Positions 1 to 13,912 are shown, counted from the first letter of the stretch. The stretch: 64,000 nucleotides of DNA from an uncultured Verrucomicrobiae bacterium (GCA_963765205.1 CAVXVB010000007.1:224001-288000); one strand, 5' to 3'. Made by a program: numbers and translations. The notes: generated by a model from the letters alone, not told the origin.

Positions 1-1112
1 TGATCCCGATTGGCCGCGGCCAGCGCGAACTCATCATCGGCGACCGCGCCACCGGCAAGACCTCGATTGCCATTGATGCCATCATTAACCAGGCCAAGAT
101 GAACAAGGAAGGTCTGGCCAGCGGCGACCCCAAGTTCCGCCCGGTTTATTCCATTTACGTTGCCGTCGGTCAGAAAAACTCGAACGTCGCGCGCACCGTC
201 AAGGCGCTCGAAAACGCGGGCGCGATGGCCAACACCATCATCGTCGCCGCCCCCGCCGCCGACAACCCCGCCAACCAATACCTCGCCCCTTACTCCGGCT
301 GCGCGATGGGCGAATGGTTCATGGAAAACGGCATGGACGCGCTCATCGTTTACGACGATCTCTCCAAGCACGCCGTGGCCTACCGCCAGATTTCGCTCAT
401 TCTCAAGCGCCCCTCCGGCCGCGAAGCCTATCCCGGCGACGTATTCTATCTGCACTCCCGCCTGCTCGAACGCGCCGCGCGCCTCAACGCCAAAGCCGTC
501 GAGGCCCTTTCCGGCGGCAAGGTCAAAGGCTCGACCGGGTCGCTGACCGCGCTCCCCGTCATCGAAACACAGGCCGGCGACGTCTCCGCCTACATTCCCA
601 CCAACGTCATCTCGATCACGGACGGCCAAATTTTCTTGGAGACCGACCTGTTCAACCAAGGCATCCGCCCCGCCATTTCCGTCGGCCTCTCGGTTTCGCG
701 CGTCGGCTCCGCCGCGCAAATCAAGGCCTACAAGCAAGTAGCCGGCCGCGTGAAGCTCGAGCTGGCGCAATATCGCGAACTGGCGGCCTTCGCCCAGTTT
801 GGCTCCGACCTCGACGCCCGCACCAAGGCCCAGCTCGAACGCGGTGCGCGCATCGTCGAGCTTTTCAAACAGCCCGCGCTCGCGCCCAAAAGCACGGAAG
901 TGCAAATCGTCCTGCTCTGGGCCGTGCAAAACGGCATCCTCGACCCCATCGCGCGCGAAAAAATTGTCGCCGCCGCCGCCTCGCTGGATGAATACCTCAC
1001 CACCCGCAAAGCTCCGCTGCTAAAGAAAATCGTCACTGAAGGCAAACTTTCCGACGCCCTCACCGCCGAAGTCAAGTCCACCTGCGAAGACTGGGCGAGG
1101 ACGTTTAGTTAA
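1..1112 (+). CDS. atpA: F0F1 ATP synthase subunit alpha (5'-truncated by window)
   Basis: Frame open from base 3: [20 protein letters not shown] (Walker A), [50 protein letters not shown]. Confidence 0.98.
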   Translation, partial: IPIGRGQRELIIGDRATGKTSIAIDAIINQAKMNKEGLASGDPKFRPVYSIYVAVGQKNSNVARTVKALENAGAMANTIIVAAPAADNPANQYLAPYSGCAMGEWFMENGMDALIVYDDLSKHAVAYRQISLILKRPSGREAYPGDVFYLHSRLLERAARLNAKAVEALSGGKVKGSTGSLTALPVIETQAGDVSAYIPTNVISITDGQIFLETDLFNQGIRPAISVGLSVSRVGSAAQIKAYKQVAGRVKLELAQYRELAAFAQFGSDLDARTKAQLERGARIVELFKQPALAPKSTEVQIVLLWAVQNGILDPIAREKIVAAAASLDEYLTTRKAPLLKKIVTEGKLSDALTAEVKSTCEDWARTFS

Positions 1113-1116
1113 GCCA

Positions 1117-1217
1117 GAATGGAAGATGGAAAATGGAAAAATCTCACCCGCATCCTTCTTTGTTGAGGCCTGAATCCGTTTTTCTCCTCTTCTTTTTCCC
1201 TTTTCCATCTTCCATTC
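1117..1217. repeat. Heptamer (GATGGAA/AATGGAA) inverted-repeat hairpin, atpA-atpG spacer
   Basis: GAATGGAAGATGGAAAA 1117-1133 is the exact reverse complement of TTTTCCATCTTCCATTC 1201-1217. Confidence 0.85.
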
Positions 1218-1227
1218 CTAATTTTCC

Positions 1228-2110
1228 ATGAAAGGCATCCGCGAGATTCGCCGCCGCATCAAGGCGGTCAAAAACACCGCCCAAATCACCAAGGCGATGC
1301 AGCTCGTGGCGTCTTCGAAAATGAAGCGCGCGCAGGATGCCGCGCTCGCCGGGCGGCCCTACGCGTTGCTGCTGTCGCAAATCCTCGATTTCGGCGCTGC
1401 ACCGCATGCACGAGACCGCGCACCCGTTCTTCGTGACCCGCCCGGTCAAGAAACGCGGCATCCTTTTGATTGCCACCGACAAAGGCCTCTGCGGCGCGCT
1501 CAACGGCAACCTCTTCCGCCTCCTCAACGACATCAAGCCCGGCGAGGCCAGCTACGTCTGCGTCGGCCGCAAAGCCACGCAATTCATCGCCCGCACCGGC
1601 CGCGACCTCCTCGCCGATTTCATTGTCACCGACAAAGTCGGCTACAACGAAGTCCGCCCCGTGGTCGAATTCCTGACCCAGGCCTACCAGGATGGCAAAG
1701 TTGACACCATCGAGGTCATGTATTCGCATTTTGTGAACACCCTGCGCCAGGATCCCGCGCTCGACGCCCTCGTGCCCTTCGAGTCCTTCGAGAAGGAACT
1801 CGAAAAACTCAACCAGCGCCTCGGTGAACGCGCGGGCGAGGAAATCAAGGACGACCGCGAAATCCAATTCGAGCCGTCCGCGCACGTCATCATCAATGAG
1901 TTGCCGCCGCTCTTCCTCAAGCAGCAGATTTACACGATGATCCTCGCGGCCAAGGCCAGTGAGCACTCGGCCCGCATGGTCGCCATGAAAAACGCCACGG
2001 ATAACGCCAAGCAGCTCGTCGCCGACCTCAGCCTCGAATACAACAAAGCCCGCCAGGCCGGCATCACCCAGGAAATCCTGGAAATCGCGGCGGCGTCAGC
2101 CGCGAACTAA
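1228..2110 (+). CDS. atpG: F0F1 ATP synthase subunit gamma, one-base frameshift near 1390
   Basis: N-terminus [25 protein letters not shown] is in one frame; TDKGLCG...[17 protein letters not shown]...[16 protein letters not shown] is in the +1 frame. Removing one T of GATTT (1387-1391) joins them. Confidence 0.95.
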
Positions 2111-2111
2111 A

Positions 2112-3953
<1,842 letters not shown>

Positions 3954-3956
<3 letters not shown>

Positions 3957-4100
3957 GAATTAAAAATTAAGAATTAAGAAGTAAGTGCCAAATAAAGCCG
4001 GATTCCCTTCTTCCTCGAAACTTCGCATTCTTTGTTTCGTAATTAGTAATTCGTTATTCTTACTTTTCGTTTCTTCCTTCTTAATTTTTAATTCTTAATT
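3954..4100. repeat. Heptamer (TAAGAAT) inverted-repeat hairpin, atpD-atpC spacer
   Basis: TAAGAATTAAAAATTAAGAA 3954-3973 is the exact reverse complement of 4078-4097. Confidence 0.85.
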
Positions 4101-4109
4101 TCTTCTTCC

Positions 4110-4565
4110 ATGCCTCTCACCCTCGAAATCGTCACCCCGGAACGGCGGGTTTACCGCGGCACGACGGAGTCCGTCCTCATCCCGACCACCTCCGGGGAAA
4201 TTGGCATTCTGCCCGGCCACGTCCCACTGTTGACGCAGGTGGTCGCCGGCGAAGTGCGCCTCACCAACGCCGGCCCCAACACGTCCCTCCCGGCCTCGCA
4301 CCCCGACGCTGACCAGCCCGGCCCCACCCGCGTCGCGGTGGACAACGGCTTCGCCCGCGTCCTCGGCGATGTGGTCTCCATCCTCACTGACGCCGCGATG
4401 GACGAACGCAAAATTGACCTGCAAGCCGCCGTGGACGCCCAGGCCCGCGCCGAAAAGGCTCTCGCCGCCGCCCGCGACAAGCAACTCGACCCCGCCGAAA
4501 TCCAGCAACTCGAAGCCATCGCCCGCTTCGCCATTGTTCAGCAGTTGATGAAGAAAAGGAATTAG
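4110..4565 (+). CDS. atpC: F0F1 ATP synthase subunit epsilon
   Basis: LEIVTPE...GEIGILPGHVPLLT; position after atpD. Confidence 0.95.
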   Translation: MPLTLEIVTPERRVYRGTTESVLIPTTSGEIGILPGHVPLLTQVVAGEVRLTNAGPNTSLPASHPDADQPGPTRVAVDNGFARVLGDVVSILTDAAMDERKIDLQAAVDAQARAEKALAAARDKQLDPAEIQQLEAIARFAIVQQLMKKRN

Positions 4566-4582
4566 GGTCGTTTAAGCGCGCC

Positions 4583-6052
4583 CTATGGCTTCGGCTGGGG
4601 CTCATAGCTCCACGTCCAGTCGCCGGCGGTCCAGCGGTCGCTAAGCGCCGGGGCGACCCAGCCGCCGTCGTCCTGGTTGTTCCAGCCAATCGAGTAGAGG
4701 ACAAATTTTTCGCCGCCGGGGTCGCGCTTATAAATTAGGGGCTGCCCGGTGATCAGGTCGGGCGGGAGGGCGCTGGCATAGGCGGGCACGAGGGCGGCCA
4801 ATTTCTCCGGATATTGGCCGGTGGCGAGGCGGGCGCGTTCGAGCGCGCAGGCAACGCGCGCGAGGTCCAGGCCCGCCTGGGCTTCGGCGATGACCATCAG
4901 GGTCTGGTGCGCGGGCGCAAGGGTCTTGAGCAGATAATTATAGGGCGACCAACTGGCCGTGATGTCGTTCTCCATTTTGGTGACTTTGGCGACGGCGGCG
5001 GGGTCGAGGCGGTGGTGCGCCAAATCGTAGCAGCCCAGGATGCCGCCATCATAAAAGCGGCGGAAGCCGATCATGGTCTGGTAGAGCCAGCCGCGCGGAA
5101 AGCGGGCGGAGATGTTGGCCAGGCCGGCGAGGGCAGCATTGTCGGCGGGGATGCCTTCGGGCGTGCCGAGGGTTTGCTCGAAGGCGGCGGTGGAAAACGC
5201 AGCTTCGAACTGCCAGGCGCGGTGGCTCGAGGCGAGCAGGTCAAGGCTGGCGATTTCATCTTCGAGGCCGTCAATCTGGGCGTCATTCCAGCGGTGTTGG
5301 GCGAGGCCCTGCCAGAGGATGGGGATCGCGCCGCTTTGAAAATCCACGGCCAGCATTTGGTAGTTTATCTCCGGGTCGGCGGCGCAGTGCCGGGCGGCGC
5401 GCAGCAAGGTGGTCACATCGTCGGCGGCGAGGCCGGGGAGATTTTGGTCGAGCTCGGCCAGGGCGCGCAGCTCGGTCAGGCACGTCAGGCGGGTGAAGTT
5501 GTCCAGGAGCGCGCCGAGGCTGGCCGCGGCGGGTTCGCCCTCGAGGGGGAAGCGGGTTTCCGGGCGGCGCGCGGCGGCGGCAAAGTCGGCGAGTTCCGCG
5601 TCAAATTGTTTGAGCGGGCCGAGCAGGTCGGTCGTCTGCCAATGGTCGCGCCAGAATTGCAGTTCCACGGGCTGGGCGGTTTCCCAATGGCCGAAATCGC
5701 CGAGGCCATTGGGGACGTGGTCTTCGGGAATAAGGGCGTCGAAGCGCTTTTGGAAATCGCGGGCCGGCGCGGCGGCGGCATCGTTGCCGGAAAGGGCGAG
5801 GTTTTGCAGGAGCGGGGCGGCGGCAAAATTTTGATCATCGGGCACGGCTGGTTGCGCGAAACTGGCGTAATCGAGCCACCAGCCCCCCGCTTTCGCGTGG
5901 GCTTGGTAATCAGTCCACGCCTGAAGGCCCCGGGCGCGCTCGATGTTCAGGTAGAGGATGAGCGCCGCCAGCAGCACCAGCACGGTGATGAGCGCGCGCC
6001 GGACGCCCTTCGCGCGGAGGGATTGGCGGATCGAGTCAAGCGTGCTGGGCAT
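4583..6052 (-). CDS. Membrane-anchored hypothetical protein with pilin/GspG-like C-terminal segment
   Basis: N-terminal TM helix; C-terminal ALERARLATGQYPEKLAALVP...DLITGQPLIY...LYSIGWNNQDDGG. Confidence 0.7.
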   Translation of the reverse strand: MPSTLDSIRQSLRAKGVRRALITVLVLLAALILYLNIERARGLQAWTDYQAHAKAGGWWLDYASFAQPAVPDDQNFAAAPLLQNLALSGNDAAAAPARDFQKRFDALIPEDHVPNGLGDFGHWETAQPVELQFWRDHWQTTDLLGPLKQFDAELADFAAAARRPETRFPLEGEPAAASLGALLDNFTRLTCLTELRALAELDQNLPGLAADDVTTLLRAARHCAADPEINYQMLAVDFQSGAIPILWQGLAQHRWNDAQIDGLEDEIASLDLLASSHRAWQFEAAFSTAAFEQTLGTPEGIPADNAALAGLANISARFPRGWLYQTMIGFRRFYDGGILGCYDLAHHRLDPAAVAKVTKMENDITASWSPYNYLLKTLAPAHQTLMVIAEAQAGLDLARVACALERARLATGQYPEKLAALVPAYASALPPDLITGQPLIYKRDPGGEKFVLYSIGWNNQDDGGWVAPALSDRWTAGDWTWSYEPQPKP

Positions 6053-6279
6053 GGGAAGGAAGAATTAAGAAGGCAGAATTAAGAATTAAAAAAGCAGGGA
6101 GCGGGGAGCGTTAAGCAAAGGAAAGCGATGGAAAGTGTCCGGTGGGAAACTTTTGAAGTTTGTTGGATGACTGGGCGGCGGAAGGGATATGGAAAACGCC
6201 AATGCCACGCGAATTTTTACACTTTTTTTATCTGGGTGGCGAGCGGAGATGGTGGCATAGTCAACCAAGAAAGGCGCGT

Positions 6280-8028
6280 ATGAAACACGGGTATCTGGCA
6301 TTTCTTTTCCTGCTGGCGGGATGCGCGCACACCACGCCCGGCGAGGCGGTCGCGCCACAGGCTGCGTCCCCGAGCGAGCTGGAGACGAAAGGCCAGGTGG
6401 AGGCGGTGATTGTGGTGGGTGACGTGCAGTTGATCGCCACGGATGGCACGGCACGCGCGTTGAACCGCAGGGATACTTTTGAGGAAGGGAACAAAATTGT
6501 GGCGAATAAAGACAGTAACGCGCTGCTCGTGTTCTCGAATGGCGCGACGTTGCATATAACTGCGGACACGGAAGTGGAGTTGGTAAAATACCGGCAGGCG
6601 CCGTTTGATGAGCAGGCGAACGGGACATTTCTGCGCCTGACCAAGGATCCGAGCCGGTCGAATATAGAACTCAAATTGACCAAGGGCCGGCTGCAAGTAG
6701 AAGTGAAAAAACTGAACACCGCGGAGGGTTCCACTTTTGATCTAACGACGCTGATGGGGCCAATTCACCTGCGCGAGGGCGGAGTGTTTTCCGTCACGGC
6801 GACGGACCAGTCTTTGAATATGGAGCGCGTGGTTAGGTCGATGCAATTTACACCGACGGTGACGACGACCACGACCAATGCGAACGGCACCTCGACCACC
6901 GTCACCAACGCCAACATTAACACCGCCGCCACAATTACGGTGAATTTGTCCGTGGATCCAACGACTGGCCAGATAACCGGTGGCAGCATGGAGGGCACCA
7001 ATCTTCGGACCACGGCGTCCCGGGATTTGGCGAACGCCCTGAACGACACTGTTAACACGGCGCTGGCGGAGGCCGGATTGCCGGCGCCGCCACCGCCTTC
7101 GATTCCACCCGGGCCGGCGTCGGCGAGTGTGCCGGGGACGGGCAACAAGCCCGGCCAAACGATGGCGACGGTAACCGTGGACCGCTCCATCGGCGGCGGG
7201 AATGTTTCGATTTCGTGGGACGAAAAAATATCGCAAGCGGCCTTCCAAAAGTTGGCGAACACGTTTATTGACGCGATGCAACGAAGCGGCCAATCCATAA
7301 CCAGAATAAGCGAGGGCTACAACGGCACCTCCGGGCAGGGGAGTGTTACGATTTCTTGGACAGGCGAACTATTACCGGCGACGGTGCAAGCCTTGACCGA
7401 TGCGTTGAATGAGGCGGCAAAAGCAGCGCAAGCCGCGAGCGCGCCGACGGCGACTGCAAATGTCGAGCCGCCGCCCTGGCCGCCCGGGGTGCCGGAGTTG
7501 AAAGGCCAGGTGCAGGCGTTGATTGTGGTGGGCGACGTGCAGTTGGTCGGCCCGGATGGCACGGCGACCCCGTTAAAGCGCGGGGAAACTTTTCAGGAGG
7601 GGAGCAAAGTGGTGGCGAATAAAGGCGCCAACGCACTGCTGGTGTTCTCGAACGGCACGACGATCCATGTAAAGGCGGGCACGGAAATGGCGGTAGCCAT
7701 GTTCCGCCAGGCACCCTACGATCAGGCTGCGGAGGGGACGTTTTTGCGCCTGACCAAAGATCCGAGCCGGTCGAACGTGGTGCTCAAGGTGAGCGGGGGC
7801 ATGCCGCAAGGCGAGGTGAAGAAGCTGAATGTCGAGGCGGGTTCGACTTTTGAAGTGGACACACCGACGCAGGTGATTCATCTCCGCCCGGGCGAGTTGT
7901 TGGATGGCACGCCGAAGGGCGGCGCGGTTCGGTCGGGGCCAGTGACAGAGCAGGACAATTTTGTCGTGGACACCGCCACCAATTTGGCCGTGGACAGCGG
8001 CACCGGCCTAATCTGGGCCCCGCCATAG
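6280..8028 (+). CDS. Putative lipoprotein with two FecR-like domains
   Basis: Lipobox LLAGC; internal duplication KGQVxAxIVVGDVQL...ALLVFSNG...FLRLTKDPSRSN (about 6388-6780 and 7501-7890). Confidence 0.7.
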   Translation: MKHGYLAFLFLLAGCAHTTPGEAVAPQAASPSELETKGQVEAVIVVGDVQLIATDGTARALNRRDTFEEGNKIVANKDSNALLVFSNGATLHITADTEVELVKYRQAPFDEQANGTFLRLTKDPSRSNIELKLTKGRLQVEVKKLNTAEGSTFDLTTLMGPIHLREGGVFSVTATDQSLNMERVVRSMQFTPTVTTTTTNANGTSTTVTNANINTAATITVNLSVDPTTGQITGGSMEGTNLRTTASRDLANALNDTVNTALAEAGLPAPPPPSIPPGPASASVPGTGNKPGQTMATVTVDRSIGGGNVSISWDEKISQAAFQKLANTFIDAMQRSGQSITRISEGYNGTSGQGSVTISWTGELLPATVQALTDALNEAAKAAQAASAPTATANVEPPPWPPGVPELKGQVQALIVVGDVQLVGPDGTATPLKRGETFQEGSKVVANKGANALLVFSNGTTIHVKAGTEMAVAMFRQAPYDQAAEGTFLRLTKDPSRSNVVLKVSGGMPQGEVKKLNVEAGSTFEVDTPTQVIHLRPGELLDGTPKGGAVRSGPVTEQDNFVVDTATNLAVDSGTGLIWAPP

Positions 8029-8086
8029 TCGAAATCACAGACAGGGCGGGGCAGGTCACGGTAATCGTGAATAGCGCTTCTAACGA

Positions 8087-8914
8087 TCACGGCGACGCAA
8101 TGAGGGGGCGGAGTTTGACTTCGAAGAGCTTGGGCCAGCGTTTGCCGGTGACGAAGAGGCGGTCGCCGGCCGGGTCGTAGGCGATGCCGTTGAGGACATC
8201 GGTGTCGGGCGCGCGCTCAGCGGGCGGGAGCAGGTCGCGGAAATCAATCACGCCTTGGACGCGCCCGGTGGCGGGGTCAATGCGGAGGACGTAATCGGTC
8301 TGCCAGACATTGGCATAGATTTCGCCTTTGATGTATTCGAGTTCGTTGATCTCTTTTACGGGCTGGCCTTGGTTCGCGACGGTGACGGTGCGCTGCAAGG
8401 CGAAGGTGGCGGGGTCGAGAAAGCGAAGCTGGCTGGTGCCGTCGCTCATGATCAGCGAGTGGCCGTCGGTGGTCAGGCCCCAGCCCTCGCCCGTATAAGT
8501 GAATTGCCCCACCTGCTTAAAAGTGGCGAGGTCGTAAACGAAGCCCTGCTGGTTCTGCCAAGTGAGTTGGTAGGCCTTGTCGCCGAGCACGGTCAGCCCT
8601 TCGCCGAAATACTGGCTAGGCAGGGCGATTTCGCGCACAACGGCGCCGGTCGTCAAATCCACTTCGCGCAGCGTGGACTGGCCATTGAGGCCGGTGCTTT
8701 CATAGAGCCGGCCATTGATAAAGACTAGGCCTTCGGTGAACGCACTGCGGTCATGGGGGAAAGAGTTAACGATTTCGTAGGAGTAATAGATGGGCGCGGG
8801 GGGCGCGGGCGGCGCGGCTGAAGTGGCCGGTGCGGGGCGGGAGCAGCCGGCCAGCAGGCCCAGCGCTAGGGCGAAAAGCAGGCGGCGGGAGTGTTGAAAC
8901 AAAAAGGCCATCAA
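8087..8914 (-). CDS. Glutaminyl-peptide cyclotransferase (lipoprotein)
   Basis: PHDRSAFTEGL, LYESTG, YFGEGL, GEGWGLT, INELEY, VLNGIAYD, VTGKRWP; lipobox LAGC. Confidence 0.93.
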   Translation of the reverse strand: MMAFLFQHSRRLLFALALGLLAGCSRPAPATSAAPPAPPAPIYYSYEIVNSFPHDRSAFTEGLVFINGRLYESTGLNGQSTLREVDLTTGAVVREIALPSQYFGEGLTVLGDKAYQLTWQNQQGFVYDLATFKQVGQFTYTGEGWGLTTDGHSLIMSDGTSQLRFLDPATFALQRTVTVANQGQPVKEINELEYIKGEIYANVWQTDYVLRIDPATGRVQGVIDFRDLLPPAERAPDTDVLNGIAYDPAGDRLFVTGKRWPKLFEVKLRPLIASP

Positions 8915-8924
8915 AAGGCATTTT

Positions 8925-9155
8925 CTAACGTTTAACGCTCAACGTTCAACGCTTAACGCTTAACGCTTAACGTTTAACGTTTAACGTTTAAGGGGAACGC
9001 AGAAGGCACTGAGGCACTGAGGCACTGAGGCACTGAGGCACTGAGGCACTGAGGCACTGAGGCACTGAGGCACTGAGGCGCGTTGAAAATCTGAAATCTG
9101 AAATTTGCAATTAGCAATCTTGAGTTTACAACTCGAAACTCGAAACCCGAAACTT
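8925..9155. repeat. Compound tandem-repeat spacer
   Basis: About 9 TTAACGY-type heptamers (8925-8990), 9 perfect GGCACTGA (9005-9076), then AAATCTG and AAACTCG-type heptamers. Confidence 0.9.
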
Positions 9156-9165
9156 CCCACCCTCC

Positions 9166-10467
9166 TCACGCCCGATACGTCAACCGGAATTTTCCCGAGG
9201 GGGTCGGCGGCAGAGCTTCCACGGCGGCGGCGATGATGGGCTGCGGTGAATCGAGCAGGCTTTCGAGCCGTGCGACGAGTTGGCGCAGGTCTTCGGCGCC
9301 GGGCGGCGCGCGGTCGGGGATATAATCCAGGCATGCGCCGCCGTTTTCGATTTGGCGGAGTTGGTAATGGGCCAAGCCGGCGATGTCCGCGAAACATTGA
9401 TCCACCTCCTGCGTGGTGACGCGGCGGCCATCGGGTCGGCGCAGGGCATCGCGCGCGCGGCCATGGACGATGTAGGCTGGGGTAGGGGCGTCGGCCACGC
9501 GCTGGACGAGGTCGCCGATGCGGTAGCGCACGAGGGGCATGTAATCGTTGCTGAGGGTTGTTACCACCAGGTCGCCGATGCCGGTGGCGTCCGGCTCGAC
9601 AATTTCGAAGAACGCGGTATCCGGGCTGGGGCGCATGATGCCATGTTCGTCCTCCATGAGCAGGTGGCCGGTTTCCGTCGAGCCGTAGAGGTTGAAAACG
9701 GGCACCTGGAACACGCGCTCCAAAATCCGCCGGTGCGTGACGCTCATGTATTCGTAGCTGCCGAGGATGAAGCGCAGTGAGGGAAAGCGCAGGCCGCTGC
9801 GTTCGCAATACAGCGCAAACCAGGCAGCATGGACGGGGTCGGTGTCGAGAAAGAGCGGCTGCCATGCGGCGATTTCCGCTGCCATGCGCGCTAATTCGGC
9901 GTCCTTGAGCAGAAAGGGAATGCGCGCGAGATTGACGAAGAGAGTCGCGCCGACGGTGCGTTCGCCGCGCGCGAGCCAGTTGGTGTAGCAGGCCTGGCCA
10001 TTGCAAACGGGGGTGGTGAGGGTCACGCGCCGCGCTCCGGGTTGCTCGTCCAGGGCGCGGGCTACGACGGTGTTGAGCCGCAGCGCGCGCGCTTCCTGCT
10101 CATCCCACCAGCCGCGGCCAAAGAGCACGGGCGTCTGCTCCTCGGAGGTGCCGGCGGTGTGCTCCATTTCGATGAGTTCGCGTTGCAATAAATCCTCCAG
10201 CAACTGGCCATTGCGGAGGAAATTGCCGGGAAAGCCTTCGCGAATATCGCGCTTGGTGATGAAGGGCAGGCGGAAAAATTCTGTGCGGAAATCAAAGGGC
10301 GTGGCGGTTGGACCGTGCGCGGCCAGCATGGCACGGTAAAGCGGCACTTCGCGCCAGCGCGGCAGGAGTTCCTCCAGGCATGCCGGCGGCGTGGCGGGGG
10401 CGGGAAAATAGTTGTTCACGTAAGACGGAAGCAGCCGATTTAAACGAGGGGAAATACTATTCTCCAT
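9166..10467 (-). CDS. Phenylacetate-CoA ligase / CapK-like ANL-family protein
   Basis: LPFITKRDIR, HTAGTS P-loop variant, FNLYGSTE, MPLVRYRIGD, TPSGKFR. Start codon inferred. Confidence 0.85.
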   Translation of the reverse strand: MENSISPRLNRLLPSYVNNYFPAPATPPACLEELLPRWREVPLYRAMLAAHGPTATPFDFRTEFFRLPFITKRDIREGFPGNFLRNGQLLEDLLQRELIEMEHTAGTSEEQTPVLFGRGWWDEQEARALRLNTVVARALDEQPGARRVTLTTPVCNGQACYTNWLARGERTVGATLFVNLARIPFLLKDAELARMAAEIAAWQPLFLDTDPVHAAWFALYCERSGLRFPSLRFILGSYEYMSVTHRRILERVFQVPVFNLYGSTETGHLLMEDEHGIMRPSPDTAFFEIVEPDATGIGDLVVTTLSNDYMPLVRYRIGDLVQRVADAPTPAYIVHGRARDALRRPDGRRVTTQEVDQCFADIAGLAHYQLRQIENGGACLDYIPDRAPPGAEDLRQLVARLESLLDSPQPIIAAAVEALPPTPSGKFRLTYRA

Positions 10468-10583
10468 CGCCGGCTCCGGCAATGTTTTTTGCGGGTGGCC
10501 GCCTTCACCGGCTGGAAGGCGGCGGGCCGCGTTCGGGAAAAATTTCTCTTGCGCGTTTTTGGCGTCTTCCCGGTGGGTCGCGT

Positions 10584-11195
10584 TTATCTCCTCGCCGCCA
10601 CGAGTGATTGATGCGGGCCTTTGATTTCCTGAAAATAAGTCGGGTGCTCGAAGGGCCAGGGAATCTCCGGGGCGCAGCGCCAGGCGGGGTGGTTTTGGAT
10701 TTGCCCGCGCGCCCAGGCAAAAAAACTGGCGTCGTCGGTGCGCAGCGCCAGCCACGCGCCGGGTTCCGCGCGCGCGGCGAGGGCGTTCAGCAGTTCTGTT
10801 TGCAAGAGACGGCGGCGATGGTGGGCGCGTTTGGGCCACGGGTCGGGAAAGAGCACGAAAATCCCCGCGAGGCGCGCAGGCGGCGGCAGCGTGGCCAGCG
10901 TTTCGGCCACGTCGGCCTTCAGGAACGCGAGGTTGGCCAAGGCGAGGCGGCGTTGTTTGCGCTGGGCGCGGGCGATGCGCTGGGTGACCAAATCCACGCC
11001 GAGGCAAAATCTGTCAGGGTGCGCGGCGGCATAAGCAGCGAGCAGGTGCCCGTGGCCGCAGCCGATTTCGAAAATGAGCGCGGTGGGGTGTGGATAAAGT
11101 TCCGCAAGCGCGGCGGCCAGCGCGGCGCGGCGCGCAGCGTCCCGCGCGGCGATGGCGGGCGGGGCGGCGGGCGTGGGCTGGATGGTCGCGGGCAC
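10584..11195 (-). CDS. trmB: tRNA (guanine-N7)-methyltransferase
   Basis: FEIGCGHG, FPDPWPKRAHHRRRL, LRTD. GTG start inferred. Confidence 0.88.
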   Translation of the reverse strand: MPATIQPTPAAPPAIAARDAARRAALAAALAELYPHPTALIFEIGCGHGHLLAAYAAAHPDRFCLGVDLVTQRIARAQRKQRRLALANLAFLKADVAETLATLPPPARLAGIFVLFPDPWPKRAHHRRRLLQTELLNALAARAEPGAWLALRTDDASFFAWARGQIQNHPAWRCAPEIPWPFEHPTYFQEIKGPHQSLVAARR

Positions 11196-11350
11196 GGAGC
11201 GGAAGTGTAGGGGGTGAAACGTGAAGTGTGGAGCGTGGAGTTTAGAAACGGATGAAGGATGAGGGATGAAGGGTGGATGAAAACGCCGGAAGTGGCGCGC
11301 TGCATCAAGGGCTTGCGCCCGGCTGGATAGTTTCCATGTAATGGGCAGAT

Positions 11351-11950
11351 ATGAGTAAGAACACCGACCCCCGGGTGGACGCCTATATCGCAGAGGCGGC
11401 GGAATTTGCACGGCCGATTCTGCGGCACCTGCGCACGCTGATCCATCAGGCCTGCCCCGCCGCGGAGGAAACCATCAAGTGGCATTCGCCGTTTTTTGTC
11501 CATCACGGCATTCTCTGCTTCATGTCCGCGTTCAAACAACATTGTGCTTTCGGCTTCTGGCGCCAGGACATGCGGACGTTTTTGCAAAAAGACGGCGCGG
11601 ACACCCGGGGGCGTCTGCGCCGCATTACGTCGTTAAAGGACTTGCCCGATGATCGCACGCTGCTGCGTTATATTCGCGAGGCGGCGCACTGCAATGAAGC
11701 CGGCATTCCTGCGCGGCCTGCTCCAAAATCCAAGCCCGAGGCCCGGCCGCTGGCCGATTTGACGAAGGCCTTGCACCAAAACAAAGCCGCCGCCGCGACG
11801 TTTAAGAAATTCAGCCCAAGCCAGCGGCGGGAATATGTCGAATGGATCACCGGGGCGAAACGGCCGGAAACGCGGGTAAAGCGCCTGACGACCACGATCG
11901 AATGGCTCTGCGCAGGCAAACCGCGCCACTGGAAATACCAAAGTGGTTAA
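11351..11950 (+). CDS. YdeI/OmpD-associated (DUF1801) family protein
   Basis: DPRVDAYI...LRTLIHQACPAAEETIKW; FSPSQRREYVEWITGAKRPETRVKRL. Confidence 0.88.
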   Translation: MSKNTDPRVDAYIAEAAEFARPILRHLRTLIHQACPAAEETIKWHSPFFVHHGILCFMSAFKQHCAFGFWRQDMRTFLQKDGADTRGRLRRITSLKDLPDDRTLLRYIREAAHCNEAGIPARPAPKSKPEARPLADLTKALHQNKAAAATFKKFSPSQRREYVEWITGAKRPETRVKRLTTTIEWLCAGKPRHWKYQSG

Positions 11951-12046
11951 GGCAACAAAAGTTCATCGTGATGGGTTTCTGGTTTTGGCACACGGATTTC
12001 CAGCCAAACTTCGAGAATTGAAAACCAAGAACAAGAGAACGAAAAA

Positions 12047-13504
<1,458 letters not shown>

Positions 13505-13680
13505 GGGCACAGTCTGATAATGAAAAACGCAGAATGCAAAATGCAAAATAACGAGTTGTCAGTCTCTGCATCCGGACTTTTACCGGGCTGTAACGGGCCA
13601 GAAAAGGCATGTACTTTCTGCGCCTTCGGCCGATAGCTGACTTATCCTGACTTTCGCAACTCCCTCTTTCCAAGGGACTT

Positions 13681-13710
13681 AAAATGGTCGGGCTGGAGAG
13701 ATTCGAACTC
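13681..13710. repeat. att core, left copy (duplicated tRNA-Pro 3' end)
   Basis: AAAATGGTCGGGCTGGAGAGATTCGAACTC is identical to 20346-20375. Confidence 0.95.
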
Positions 13711-13912
13711 AAATGACTCTGAATCGGAACCCGTTGACAGTAAAAAGATAGCGAAATCCACGCCAAACCGGGTACTTGAAGGAGGCACCGACGCACCGGT
13801 CATGCCGTGCCCCGAGTTGGCGCGTGTTGTCACCGTTTGGGAAAAGTTACCGCCTGCCCTTCGTGTGGCCATTTTGGCCATCGTTGATTCAACGAAAGGG
13901 GGCCGGCCATGA
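13709..13912 (+). other. Stranded integrase C-terminal coding segment (in frame only after circularisation)
   Basis: Reads SNDSESEPVDSKKIAKSTPNRVLEGGTDAPVMPCPELARVVTVWEKLPPALRVAILAIVDSTKGGRP* in the integrase phase of the core; its stop overlaps the next ATG. Confidence 0.75.
13768..13793 (+). repeat. 26-bp direct repeat, putative integrase arm site
   Basis: CCGGGTACTTGAAGGAGGCACCGACG is identical to 20199-20224. Confidence 0.8.

Noticed and set aside
1380..1395. Programmed frameshift in atpG
   Set aside because: No canonical slippery site; similar indels elsewhere point to sequencing error.
13685..13710. Second tRNA-Pro gene
   Set aside because: Only the 3'-terminal 26 nt are present; it is the att duplication.
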